The notes below the pieces were generated by a model that was not told where the DNA came from, ran no database searches, and saw nothing but the letters and a program-made list of their open reading frames with translations. 64,000 bases of DNA from a virus. Positions 44,779-53,541 of this stretch are shown piece after piece. The stretch covers positions 42,980 through 106,979 of IMG/VR virus record IMGVR_UViG_3300032020_000845; one strand, given 5' to 3'. Made by a program: the position numbers and the translations under genes. Position 1 is the first letter of the stretch. Each line of letters begins with the position of its first letter.

Positions 44779-47700
44779 CTTTATTTATGAGAAAGAAAGC
44801 AGGGATTGAAACTCATGAATATAGATTTAAACAATTTCACAACCATAAAATTCCAGCATATACTTTTATTGGATATCAAGAAATTCCTTCTGGTGGGAAA
44901 ATGTTGATGTTTAATTGTAATATTTGTGAGAGTACCTTAATGTTATTTCCAGAAGAAGTTAAAGCTAATATAGATAGAATTTCTGGTTTGCTAGATGATT
45001 GGGAACAAGTTGTTAGTAACATAAAAAAGGCTAATGAATTTACATCCATAGAAAAAGAATTTGTATTAAAATTTGTAAAAGAATTTGAAAGGATGAATGA
45101 CGCTAAAGAAATTTATGAGGAATTAGTTAGTGATACATTTATGTTTGAACTGACAAATCATTTGGAAGAGGATTTAGGCATTTCAAAAGAGGATAGCAAT
45201 GATTTTGCTCTTGCTATTTATAATCGATTATATTCGGATTATCGTGTATTTACAGAAGTTCCTTTTCAAAGTGTTGGAAGTTTAAGGTTTGAGAATATAA
45301 AGAAAAATATAGATAAAGTAAAAATTTCCACAAAATATAGAGGTCCTGTTGTATCAATTTTAGAAAGTATTGCTCCGGCAGTTTGGAGTGCTTCTGGTTT
45401 AAAAGAGGCAAAAGATATAATTATAAGTACAGTTTCAGGTTCTCATATTGATGAAGATGATAAACAAAAGATTTTAAATAATGTTGATAAAATTAACAAT
45501 TTATTAGAATTGCAAAAGTATATTGCAAACTCAATTTTGTTTTATGAAGGAATGGGGACAAAGTTAAGTATGCGAAAGAGATCTCAAATAGATAAACAAC
45601 TATTTTTTGACTTTTATGGAGTATCTTTACTGTCAGATAATTACTTAGAACAAAATCCTTACGCAAAACAATATAGAAATATGATTGTACAAAGTATAAA
45701 AGATGTTTATGTTCCTCTGATTACTAAAATGGTTTATAGTGAACTTAGAAAACATACTGATCGCATGTATAATTGGGAGGATTGGATAGAAGAATTTAAT
45801 CTTAAAAATGTCAATAGTCTTACTTTAGAACAACTAGCTCAAATATATAATGAAGGAGTCTGGGTAACAGAATATGGTGGTCCCTCTTGGGGGTCTATTG
45901 TTGAATCTCTAATTCAACTTAAAAATACTTCTGATACTAATCAACTCATAACTGTTATAGATCATATCAATGATATTGAACACAATACTGGTTTAATGTT
46001 TCACGATTTTCCGAAAGTCAAAAAGTGGTTTTCTGATGCTTTAGAAACTAAAGCTCAAGCAACTCCTGAACAACTTATACCTTATCTTTCTTCTGATTTA
46101 CAAAAATTAGTTATAGAAGATTTAAGATTAAAAGGAAAAGAAATTATATCTCCCGAAAAATATATTACAAGAGATGAAAAATTTGAACTTGCCCAAAATC
46201 CATCAACTCCTCCAGAAATCTTAGCTGAATTAGCAAAAGATAAAGATGAATTTGTTCGTATAAATGTTGCAGGAAATCCAGAAACACCTCCAGAAATCTT
46301 AGTAGAATTAGCGAAAGATATAGATAAGTATGTTCGTATACGGGTGGCTTATAATCCCAATACCCCTCCCGAATCATTAGTGGAATTAGCTAAAGATGAA
46401 GATGAAGAGGTTCGTTTGTATATTAAAAGAAATCCTTCTACTCCTCCTGAAACTTTAGCAGAATTATCAAAAAATACATTAGAGTGGGAGCGTCCTGAAA
46501 TAAAAGAAGAAGAAAGCTTTAACTTAAGTATGAGAAAAACATCAATTTCGGACCAAGAAATTATTAACAATACTATTTTCTATTTCACAAAAGAAAGAAT
46601 AGATTTACCGAAAACTGAAACATATATTTATGATTATCTTCTAAATCAACATCCAGAATTAAGTTCTTGGGAAATAGAAAGACTTACACAAAAAGTATTA
46701 AATATTTTACCCAAACCAGTTTTAACAAAAGTTCATAAAACAGCAAAAGTGTTTACTATGGGAACTCCAGATACTTTTGAATCTGGGTGGGCAATATATC
46801 AAGGAAACATTTATATAAATTATGGTAGGGAGGAACACCATTCTCAATGGTTTGAAAAATTTGGTCTTCCTACTTCAGGAAAGGCTTTTGACGAGTTAGT
46901 TCGAGGGTATTCTGAAGGCGGAAGAATTGTTTGGTATGGAACTGGAGATTATAATGAGTTTGCAGATTATTTACCAGAATTAGTAAATGCTTTAGGAATA
47001 TCAGATCCTACTATACAAATGATTGATTATACAACACAAGAATTTAAAACTTTAGCAATGAAAAAGGAAACATCTATCCTCGATTACCCACATAAATATT
47101 TAGATTCTGAAATATGGGATTTGTCAACTGATCCTCCAAAACTAAAAAAAGATATTAAAAGTTTTATTATGAATCGTTTTATTGATTACTTGGTAAAAGA
47201 AGGATTAAATAGTCCAGAATTGTGGTGTAAGGAATTTTACTATACAGGGTCAACTGCTACACATCAATATCAAAAATCTTCTGATATAGATATTCATATA
47301 AGAGTCGATTGGGAAGCATATAAAAAAACTAATCTAGATAAAGCAAAAGAAGATGCTGAAGAAATGCGTAAAGATTTGTTAAAAGTGTTTTGGAATACTT
47401 TAAACAAAGAATATCTACCTGGAACTTCACACCTTCTTACATATTATATATTGTCTGAATGGGAAGATGTAATGACACAAACGGAAGAAGCATATGATAT
47501 ACAAAAAGATGTTTGGATTGTTCCTCCTCAAAAAATACCTGAAACATATGACACAGAACAAAAAATAGATTTACTACAAGAACAAGCAAACTACATTATG
47601 GAAAAATTAGATGTGGAATTAGGTAAAACAAAAAGAGATTTTGTTGACTATAAGGTTTTAAAAGAGCTATTAGGTTCTTACGAAGGAAACAAAGCAGATA

Positions 47701-50396
47701 TTCAAAGATTAGTAGAAGAAAAGTTAAAGAAAGTTGAACAAGATTTAAAACAATTACAAGAAGAGAATATAAAAATTCATGAAGAAAGGAACAAGGCTTT
47801 TTATGACGGTCAAGAACCGATTGAAGAAGGATTAAGTAAAAACTGGACTCCGGGAAATATTATTTTTAAGTTAATTGAGAGATACAAATATATAGACATA
47901 TTGAGAAAAATTAAGCAAATAATTAAGGATGAAAAAATTACTGGGGAGGAAGAAAAAGAATTAGAAGATATTTTGGAACCGAAATTAAGTGCTGAATTAT
48001 CAACACTTTGGGCAATTTATAATGGTACTATTTATATTGGGAAACAACTTGGGCTTCTAACACATTCAACTTGGTTTGAAGAAATAGGTCTTCCAAGTAG
48101 TGGTTATGAATTTGATAAAGCTGCTCGCGGTTATTATCTTCCTGATCCAAATATTATTTATTGTTATGAAAATATTGAATCTTGGAATGAATTAATTGAT
48201 AATTTACCTAAATTAGTAGAAAAATTGCAAGCAGATTTAAATACTTTAAAAATTTATTTTGCTAAAGAAAATGATATTCCAAGAGTACTTAAATACAAAG
48301 ACCTTTTTGTAAATGCTTCAAAATTAAGTATGAAGAAAGCTAAAATTTTTCCAGGAGGTTTATGGGCTATTTATAATGGAAAGATATATACTACTGACGA
48401 AGAAGATGAGCATGATAAATGGTTCGAAGATATAGGGTTGCCTTCATATGGTGAAGAATATGATAGTATTACTCGGGGTGATTATGATTCAACAGGGATA
48501 TTATGGAATTTTGATACTGGTACTTTTGAAGAATTTTCAGATAATCTTCCGAAATTATTAAAAATATTGGGGTTACCTAGTACCACTAATGTTATGGTTC
48601 CAAAATTAAGTATGAGAAAAGAGACTTCAGTTCCAAATCTAATTCTTGAACAATTAGATTATCCTCATTCTTGGCCTCAAAAAAAGAGAGACGATAAAAA
48701 GGAGAAAGATGAATCTATTGGTTTTGGTATATTTCAAGGGGACTATGATGAACTTTATGATGTTCTTGATTCTATTAGGGAAGAAATTGCAAACAACTTA
48801 TGTATGAGAAAGACAGCACAAGATATTTCTGATCCTAATAAATTATCAATACAAGAACTTAAACAATTCTATGAATTAGAATTACAAGGATTACTTACTA
48901 ATGAATTTGTGGATAATGTTCTTACTAAACTAATTTATGGACTGCAAATAGAAAAAGAAAGAGTATCAAAAGATCCTGAAATTACGGGATATGTAAAAAA
49001 AGATTTTATAGCAATAGCGGATTTTTATATTAATGAGTTAGAAAAGGTTGCTACAAAAAGTTTAAACAAAAAAATTATTGAAATTGATCAAACAATACAA
49101 GCATTACACTTATCTTATGGGTTTGGAGTATTTCAAGGCGATCCAGATGAAATTTGGGAAACCCTTGATTTTATTGGAGAAACAGTTTGGACTAAATCTA
49201 AACCTTTAGAGTCAAATATTAGTTTGAATATGAAAAAGACAGCTGATCTTTCTGCTGCTCCTGCAATTTCTGATATGGAAGTTCCTGAAAATTGGGGAGT
49301 GCAAGATAAAACAAATATAAAATTAAGACGAAAGAATCCTCCGAGACATGACAAGAATGATTCAATTGTGGAACAGAATATAGTTGATCCTCATATTGAT
49401 ATGGCTTCATTAAATATGAGAAAGAAAATAGGTCAGGAAAAGGAAGAAGGAATTCTGCCAAAACCTCAAGTTACAAAACAAGACTTAATAAAATTATATA
49501 CTCAAGAAGCAAAAGGTATTTACGACGAAGAACTAATGAATGAAGTTATTTCAAAATTTATACAAACTTTAGAAGAATGTGAAGAATTTTGGGGTGCTTG
49601 GATGCAAAAATTCGGAAAGACTTTAATTTTAACATTACTACAAGCAAGAACTCCTCAAGAAAAAATGATTGCAATAGATAGAGTAATAAGTACCGTTCAT
49701 GTCGATGGTGTATTTGGAGAATATTTAATAATAGATGTAATTGGTGATAATTCCTTTTTTGATGAATTGCATAATTTAAAAATTAGTTCTTTGAATTTTA
49801 GAAAAAAAGCAAAAGAAACTAATCTTGACAAAATTGACGAATATCTTTTTGAATTACTTGATGAAGTAAGTGATGGAACAGGTAAAGAAGAAATTACAAT
49901 TGACGGAGAAACTTACTTAATTCATTATGAAGGATGGAGTTCAGGATGTTTTCCTGAAAATTTGCCAGAAAAAGAATGGGAAGATTATGCTGCTGAACAA
50001 TCAAACAAAGTTATTGACGAGTGGAAAGAAGAAGAAAAAAATAGATGGGACATAATTCCAGAATTGTCTGGGTACATTAGTGGAGGATTATATGGAAGGA
50101 CATATACAGTTTTTCATTTGAAAAATAAAAAAGCAAATGTATTTTATAATAGAGAGAAAAAGGGATTTGAAGGACAACCAACAGACAAAAATTATTACAG
50201 CCCTTCTTTACTTTTACGAGAAGATTATGGAACTCCTGGACTTCCTTCAGAACCGGCAAAAGCAGAAGTAGCTGATTTAGGAGAAGACCAATGGGGAGAA
50301 AGTAATAAACTAAAGAAGAAAAAACTTAAAGAGTTAGAATTTCCAGATTTTAATATTCCTTACGGAGTGGAAGGTGGCGACATAAAACAAATTTAG
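44775..50396 (+). CDS. Modular polyprotein 4 (1873 aa) with about 13 linkers; includes LRV repeats and a Pol-beta-like nucleotidyltransferase module
   Basis: LFMRKKA, IKKA, LSMRKRS, LSMRKTS, VHKTA, LAMKKETS, LSMKKA, LSMRKETS, LCMRKTA, LNMKKTA, LNMRKKIG, LNFRKKA, KNKKA; GSTAT...SDIDIH. Confidence 0.82.
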   Translation: MTLFMRKKAGIETHEYRFKQFHNHKIPAYTFIGYQEIPSGGKMLMFNCNICESTLMLFPEEVKANIDRISGLLDDWEQVVSNIKKANEFTSIEKEFVLKFVKEFERMNDAKEIYEELVSDTFMFELTNHLEEDLGISKEDSNDFALAIYNRLYSDYRVFTEVPFQSVGSLRFENIKKNIDKVKISTKYRGPVVSILESIAPAVWSASGLKEAKDIIISTVSGSHIDEDDKQKILNNVDKINNLLELQKYIANSILFYEGMGTKLSMRKRSQIDKQLFFDFYGVSLLSDNYLEQNPYAKQYRNMIVQSIKDVYVPLITKMVYSELRKHTDRMYNWEDWIEEFNLKNVNSLTLEQLAQIYNEGVWVTEYGGPSWGSIVESLIQLKNTSDTNQLITVIDHINDIEHNTGLMFHDFPKVKKWFSDALETKAQATPEQLIPYLSSDLQKLVIEDLRLKGKEIISPEKYITRDEKFELAQNPSTPPEILAELAKDKDEFVRINVAGNPETPPEILVELAKDIDKYVRIRVAYNPNTPPESLVELAKDEDEEVRLYIKRNPSTPPETLAELSKNTLEWERPEIKEEESFNLSMRKTSISDQEIINNTIFYFTKERIDLPKTETYIYDYLLNQHPELSSWEIERLTQKVLNILPKPVLTKVHKTAKVFTMGTPDTFESGWAIYQGNIYINYGREEHHSQWFEKFGLPTSGKAFDELVRGYSEGGRIVWYGTGDYNEFADYLPELVNALGISDPTIQMIDYTTQEFKTLAMKKETSILDYPHKYLDSEIWDLSTDPPKLKKDIKSFIMNRFIDYLVKEGLNSPELWCKEFYYTGSTATHQYQKSSDIDIHIRVDWEAYKKTNLDKAKEDAEEMRKDLLKVFWNTLNKEYLPGTSHLLTYYILSEWEDVMTQTEEAYDIQKDVWIVPPQKIPETYDTEQKIDLLQEQANYIMEKLDVELGKTKRDFVDYKVLKELLGSYEGNKADIQRLVEEKLKKVEQDLKQLQEENIKIHEERNKAFYDGQEPIEEGLSKNWTPGNIIFKLIERYKYIDILRKIKQIIKDEKITGEEEKELEDILEPKLSAELSTLWAIYNGTIYIGKQLGLLTHSTWFEEIGLPSSGYEFDKAARGYYLPDPNIIYCYENIESWNELIDNLPKLVEKLQADLNTLKIYFAKENDIPRVLKYKDLFVNASKLSMKKAKIFPGGLWAIYNGKIYTTDEEDEHDKWFEDIGLPSYGEEYDSITRGDYDSTGILWNFDTGTFEEFSDNLPKLLKILGLPSTTNVMVPKLSMRKETSVPNLILEQLDYPHSWPQKKRDDKKEKDESIGFGIFQGDYDELYDVLDSIREEIANNLCMRKTAQDISDPNKLSIQELKQFYELELQGLLTNEFVDNVLTKLIYGLQIEKERVSKDPEITGYVKKDFIAIADFYINELEKVATKSLNKKIIEIDQTIQALHLSYGFGVFQGDPDEIWETLDFIGETVWTKSKPLESNISLNMKKTADLSAAPAISDMEVPENWGVQDKTNIKLRRKNPPRHDKNDSIVEQNIVDPHIDMASLNMRKKIGQEKEEGILPKPQVTKQDLIKLYTQEAKGIYDEELMNEVISKFIQTLEECEEFWGAWMQKFGKTLILTLLQARTPQEKMIAIDRVISTVHVDGVFGEYLIIDVIGDNSFFDELHNLKISSLNFRKKAKETNLDKIDEYLFELLDEVSDGTGKEEITIDGETYLIHYEGWSSGCFPENLPEKEWEDYAAEQSNKVIDEWKEEEKNRWDIIPELSGYISGGLYGRTYTVFHLKNKKANVFYNREKKGFEGQPTDKNYYSPSLLLREDYGTPGLPSEPAKAEVADLGEDQWGESNKLKKKKLKELEFPDFNIPYGVEGGDIKQI
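46186..46475 (+). repeat. Four 24-aa leucine-rich-variant (LRV/HEAT-like) repeats
   Basis: NP-x-TPPE-x-L-x-EL-[AS]-K at a 24-aa period. Confidence 0.88.
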
Positions 50397-50442
50397 TTTT
50401 TATTGTAATTAGTGTATTTTAAAATAGATAGGAGGGATTAAA

Positions 50443-50703
50443 GTGATTACTTTTGTAGGGTTGAGTGGTATTATTTCTTCGTTATTGTTTTTAATTTATG
50501 GAATTCCGCAAATTGTAAAGTTATATAAGGTAAAGGATGCGAAGCAGTTTTCTGTATTGGCGTGGTTGTTGTTATCTGTGGCGATGTTTTTGGTGTGGAT
50601 AAATATGTTATTTACGAAGGCAAATTTAGGTGTTATTTTACCATATACTGTTAATGCGATAGAAGTATTTTGGATCACTATATTGGTAATAAAATTTAGG
50701 TAA
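50443..50703 (+). CDS. PQ-loop/SemiSWEET-like 3-TM protein
   Basis: GIPQIVKLYKVKDAKQFS; three hydrophobic helices. Confidence 0.75.
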   Translation: MITFVGLSGIISSLLFLIYGIPQIVKLYKVKDAKQFSVLAWLLLSVAMFLVWINMLFTKANLGVILPYTVNAIEVFWITILVIKFR

Positions 50704-50729
50704 GTATTTTAAAATAGGAAGGAGGATTA

Positions 50730-52094
50730 ATGATCAAATCTATTGAATGGACTGAAAAAGAAATTGTATTTGTAAAACAAAAAATTAAAGAAGAAGTCCA
50801 CCCCATAGATTTTGTTGATGATTTAAATAAGGAATTTAAAAATAATCGAACGGTAATTTCAATCACCATAAAGTTAGGTCGATTAGGTCTTTCCTATTCT
50901 CATTGTGAATCAAAGAAATCAAAATTATCTCGTGAAGAATTACAAAGTATAATTGAAAACGAAACTTCTGATATCCCCCCACAAAAAGTTGATCAGCTTG
51001 TTGAAAAGGATAGAGAAATACAAAGATTAACAACACAATTAGCAATTGTTAATAGGAAATATCGCGTCGCTAACATAGCTTCAAATCTTCAAGAAAGTAT
51101 CCTTAAAGTTCTTAGAGAAACAGTTCCTGCATTGCCTATTGTTAGAGTTCCTCCGATTAAAAAATCCTTTAAAGTTGAAAGAACAAAAGAAACGGCTTTA
51201 TTGCTTTTATCAGATTTACACGGATGGGAAGTTGTTCGAGGTGTAGAAACCGGAGGAATAAATTCTTACAATTTTGAAGAAATGAAAAATAGATTAAAAT
51301 ATCTTGCAAACTCTATTATTGATATAGCTCATAATAAGCTTCGTGGATATGTTTTTCCAAAGTTAGTTGTTGGTGGTTTGGGAGATTTTGTGTGTGGTAC
51401 TATACATGAAGAATTGGTTGAATCTGCTGAAAATACTCCAATTGAGTGGGCTGAAGGAACTGCTTTGATTGTTGCTCAATTTTTATTAGAATTAGCTCAA
51501 GTATTTCCAGAAATTGAATTTACTGGGATTGTTGGTAATCATGGAAGAATGTCTAAAGAGATACGTTTTAAAAGAAGATATGTTAATTGGGATTATATAA
51601 CTTACACTTTATTGGCTTTATTATTAAGAAACCAAAAAAATATTAAGTTTAATTTACCCCGAAGTTTTTGGGCAATTCAGGAAATTGAAGGAAAGAATTT
51701 TTTGTTTTTACATGGTGACAACATTAATAGTTGGGCAGGAATACCGTGGTATGGAATTCAAAGAATGGTATATAGACTCAGATCTTTACTTGCCTCGAAA
51801 GGAACTAAAATTGATTATGTATGTTTGGGACATTTCCATAATGCGGGAACGTTAGACGATATTGATGGTGAAATTATTATAAATGGAAGTGTTATTGGAG
51901 CTAGCGAATATTCAATTGGTAAATTATTTCTTGGTACAAAAGCTAGACAATTTTTTGCTGGTGTTCATGAACATCATGGCTTGAGTTTTCGTTATAATCT
52001 TAAGTTGCAAGATATCCCAAAATTAGAAAATTTGTATGTATATAATGATAATATATCCATAGTGGATCAGGCTGACGAAATTTTAGAGAAATAA
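50730..52094 (+). CDS. Metallophosphoesterase with N-terminal helical/coiled-coil region
   Basis: LSDLH, LGDFV-x-G-x-IH, GNHGR, HGD, GHFH. Confidence 0.8.
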   Translation: MIKSIEWTEKEIVFVKQKIKEEVHPIDFVDDLNKEFKNNRTVISITIKLGRLGLSYSHCESKKSKLSREELQSIIENETSDIPPQKVDQLVEKDREIQRLTTQLAIVNRKYRVANIASNLQESILKVLRETVPALPIVRVPPIKKSFKVERTKETALLLLSDLHGWEVVRGVETGGINSYNFEEMKNRLKYLANSIIDIAHNKLRGYVFPKLVVGGLGDFVCGTIHEELVESAENTPIEWAEGTALIVAQFLLELAQVFPEIEFTGIVGNHGRMSKEIRFKRRYVNWDYITYTLLALLLRNQKNIKFNLPRSFWAIQEIEGKNFLFLHGDNINSWAGIPWYGIQRMVYRLRSLLASKGTKIDYVCLGHFHNAGTLDDIDGEIIINGSVIGASEYSIGKLFLGTKARQFFAGVHEHHGLSFRYNLKLQDIPKLENLYVYNDNISIVDQADEILEK

Positions 52095-52109
52095 GTTTAG
52101 GAGGATACT

Positions 52110-53018
52110 ATGGCAAATAAACATATTGAAATAAAACACAAAGAAATTTTATATCCTTCTGTGCTTGTTAAAACTTCAAAGGCGGGAGGAAGCGGAACTG
52201 TAGTTTATTCCAAACCTATTAGTAAAGGTTCAGAAGAGTATGAAACTTATGTTTTAACAAATTGGCATGTGGTGGAGGCTGCTATTGCTGTAAAACGAGA
52301 ATGGGATCCATTACTTTCGAAAGATGTTAAAAAGGAAACGAGAGCAACTGTTACCGTAGAGTTTTATAGGTATAAAAATCTTAGCTGTAACATTGGAAGA
52401 ACTGCAGTAGAAGCGGATATTGTTGCCTATGATAAAGATCAAGACATTGCTTTAGTTAAACTAAGATCCGCGGAACCTGTAAAATATGTAGCACGATTAC
52501 ATCCAAAAGATGTTAAAAATATTCACATTTTTGATACTGTATATATTTGTGGGTGCAGTTTAGGGCATTCTCCTATTCCTACTAATGGAGAAATTACTTC
52601 AATGGATGATGAAATTGATAATTACAAATATTGGATGAGTAATGGACAAATTATATACGGTAATTCAGGTGGAGGAGTTTACCTTGTTAAAACTATTATA
52701 GTTGACGCCCAAAAAGAAAAAGAAGAAGAGTTTTTCGAATTCATAGGGATTCCAAGTAGAATTGAAGTTATTGGTTGGGGAGATAGTATAACGCACATGG
52801 GGTATTTTATTCCAATTGGTAGAATTTATGATTGGCTGGAGGAGGAGATGTTTCAGTTCATTTTTGACTCTAAATTTACTTCAACGCAATGCGAAAAAAT
52901 GAGAGATAAAAGAAAAGAGGAGGCCCGTAAAGCATTTGAAAGGCGTGAAAGAAAAGCTGAAGAAGATTCTGGTTTAGATGAAATAGAAAATAAAGAAGAA
53001 GATGAAAATGAAGAATAA
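52110..53018 (+). CDS. Trypsin-like serine protease without signal peptide
   Basis: Triad motifs VLTNWHVV, DQDIALVKL, YGNSGGG; acidic tail. Confidence 0.88.
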   Translation: MANKHIEIKHKEILYPSVLVKTSKAGGSGTVVYSKPISKGSEEYETYVLTNWHVVEAAIAVKREWDPLLSKDVKKETRATVTVEFYRYKNLSCNIGRTAVEADIVAYDKDQDIALVKLRSAEPVKYVARLHPKDVKNIHIFDTVYICGCSLGHSPIPTNGEITSMDDEIDNYKYWMSNGQIIYGNSGGGVYLVKTIIVDAQKEKEEEFFEFIGIPSRIEVIGWGDSITHMGYFIPIGRIYDWLEEEMFQFIFDSKFTSTQCEKMRDKRKEEARKAFERRERKAEEDSGLDEIENKEEDENEE

Positions 53019-53037
53019 TTTAAAAATATAGTAAAGT

Positions 53038-53469
53038 ATGTTTAATATTTTAGAATTTGATTTTATTTTAAAGATTATAATAGCAATAGGTTTAGGAGCA
53101 TTGATTGGATTTGAAAGAGAGCTATATCATAAACCTGCCGGATTAAGGACTAATATTTTAGTAATATTGGGGTCAATGCTTGCTGCTTATGTTTCATTTT
53201 GTGTATGCGGGCCAAATGTAGATCCGACACGTATTGCTTCAAATATATTAACAGGTTTAGGATTTATTGGAGGGGGAGTAATTCTTCACAGTAAAGAATC
53301 AGTGCACGGAATTACTACAGCTGCTTGTATATGGGTGTGTGGTATTCTTGGGTTAGCAATTGGATTTAATTATTATACTGAGGCATTAGTAATTGGTTTT
53401 GTAACTTTTTGTATATTATTGGGGTTAGGAAGATTGGAACTTTACCTAAAGAAAAGAAAAAAGTTGTAA
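53038..53469 (+). CDS. MgtC/SapB family membrane protein
   Basis: GALIGFERE, AGLRT, DPTRIAS, G-x-GFIGGGVI, GITTAA. Confidence 0.88.
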   Translation: MFNILEFDFILKIIIAIGLGALIGFERELYHKPAGLRTNILVILGSMLAAYVSFCVCGPNVDPTRIASNILTGLGFIGGGVILHSKESVHGITTAACIWVCGILGLAIGFNYYTEALVIGFVTFCILLGLGRLELYLKKRKKL

Positions 53470-53541
53470 AAACTTGTTTGATTTTAGAAAAATTTGGGGT
53501 AATTTAAATAAGAATGTAAAACTTCGAATTATATAATTTAG

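Noticed and set aside
40339-50396. Linker Met codons (TTAAGTATG/TTAAATATG) as internal starts or relic stop-start junctions
   Set aside because: Most lack the strong GGAG SD used by real genes here, Met is replaced by F/I/L in several linkers, and the TAA is out of frame. It is not fully excluded without ribosome profiling.
27648-50396. Linkers as DNA-level repeats (CRISPR, integron attC or shufflon sites)
   Set aside because: The nucleotide sequences vary at synonymous positions, are not palindromic and are irregularly spaced; no cas, integrase or invertase gene is visible.
27648-50396. Giant ORFs as tape-measure, tail-fibre or RNA polymerase genes, or as stop-codon read-through artefacts
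   Set aside because: No tape-measure periodicity, fibre repeats or DxDGD motif was seen. The frames are open in the standard code, and TAA, TAG and TGA all act as stops elsewhere with tight gene packing.
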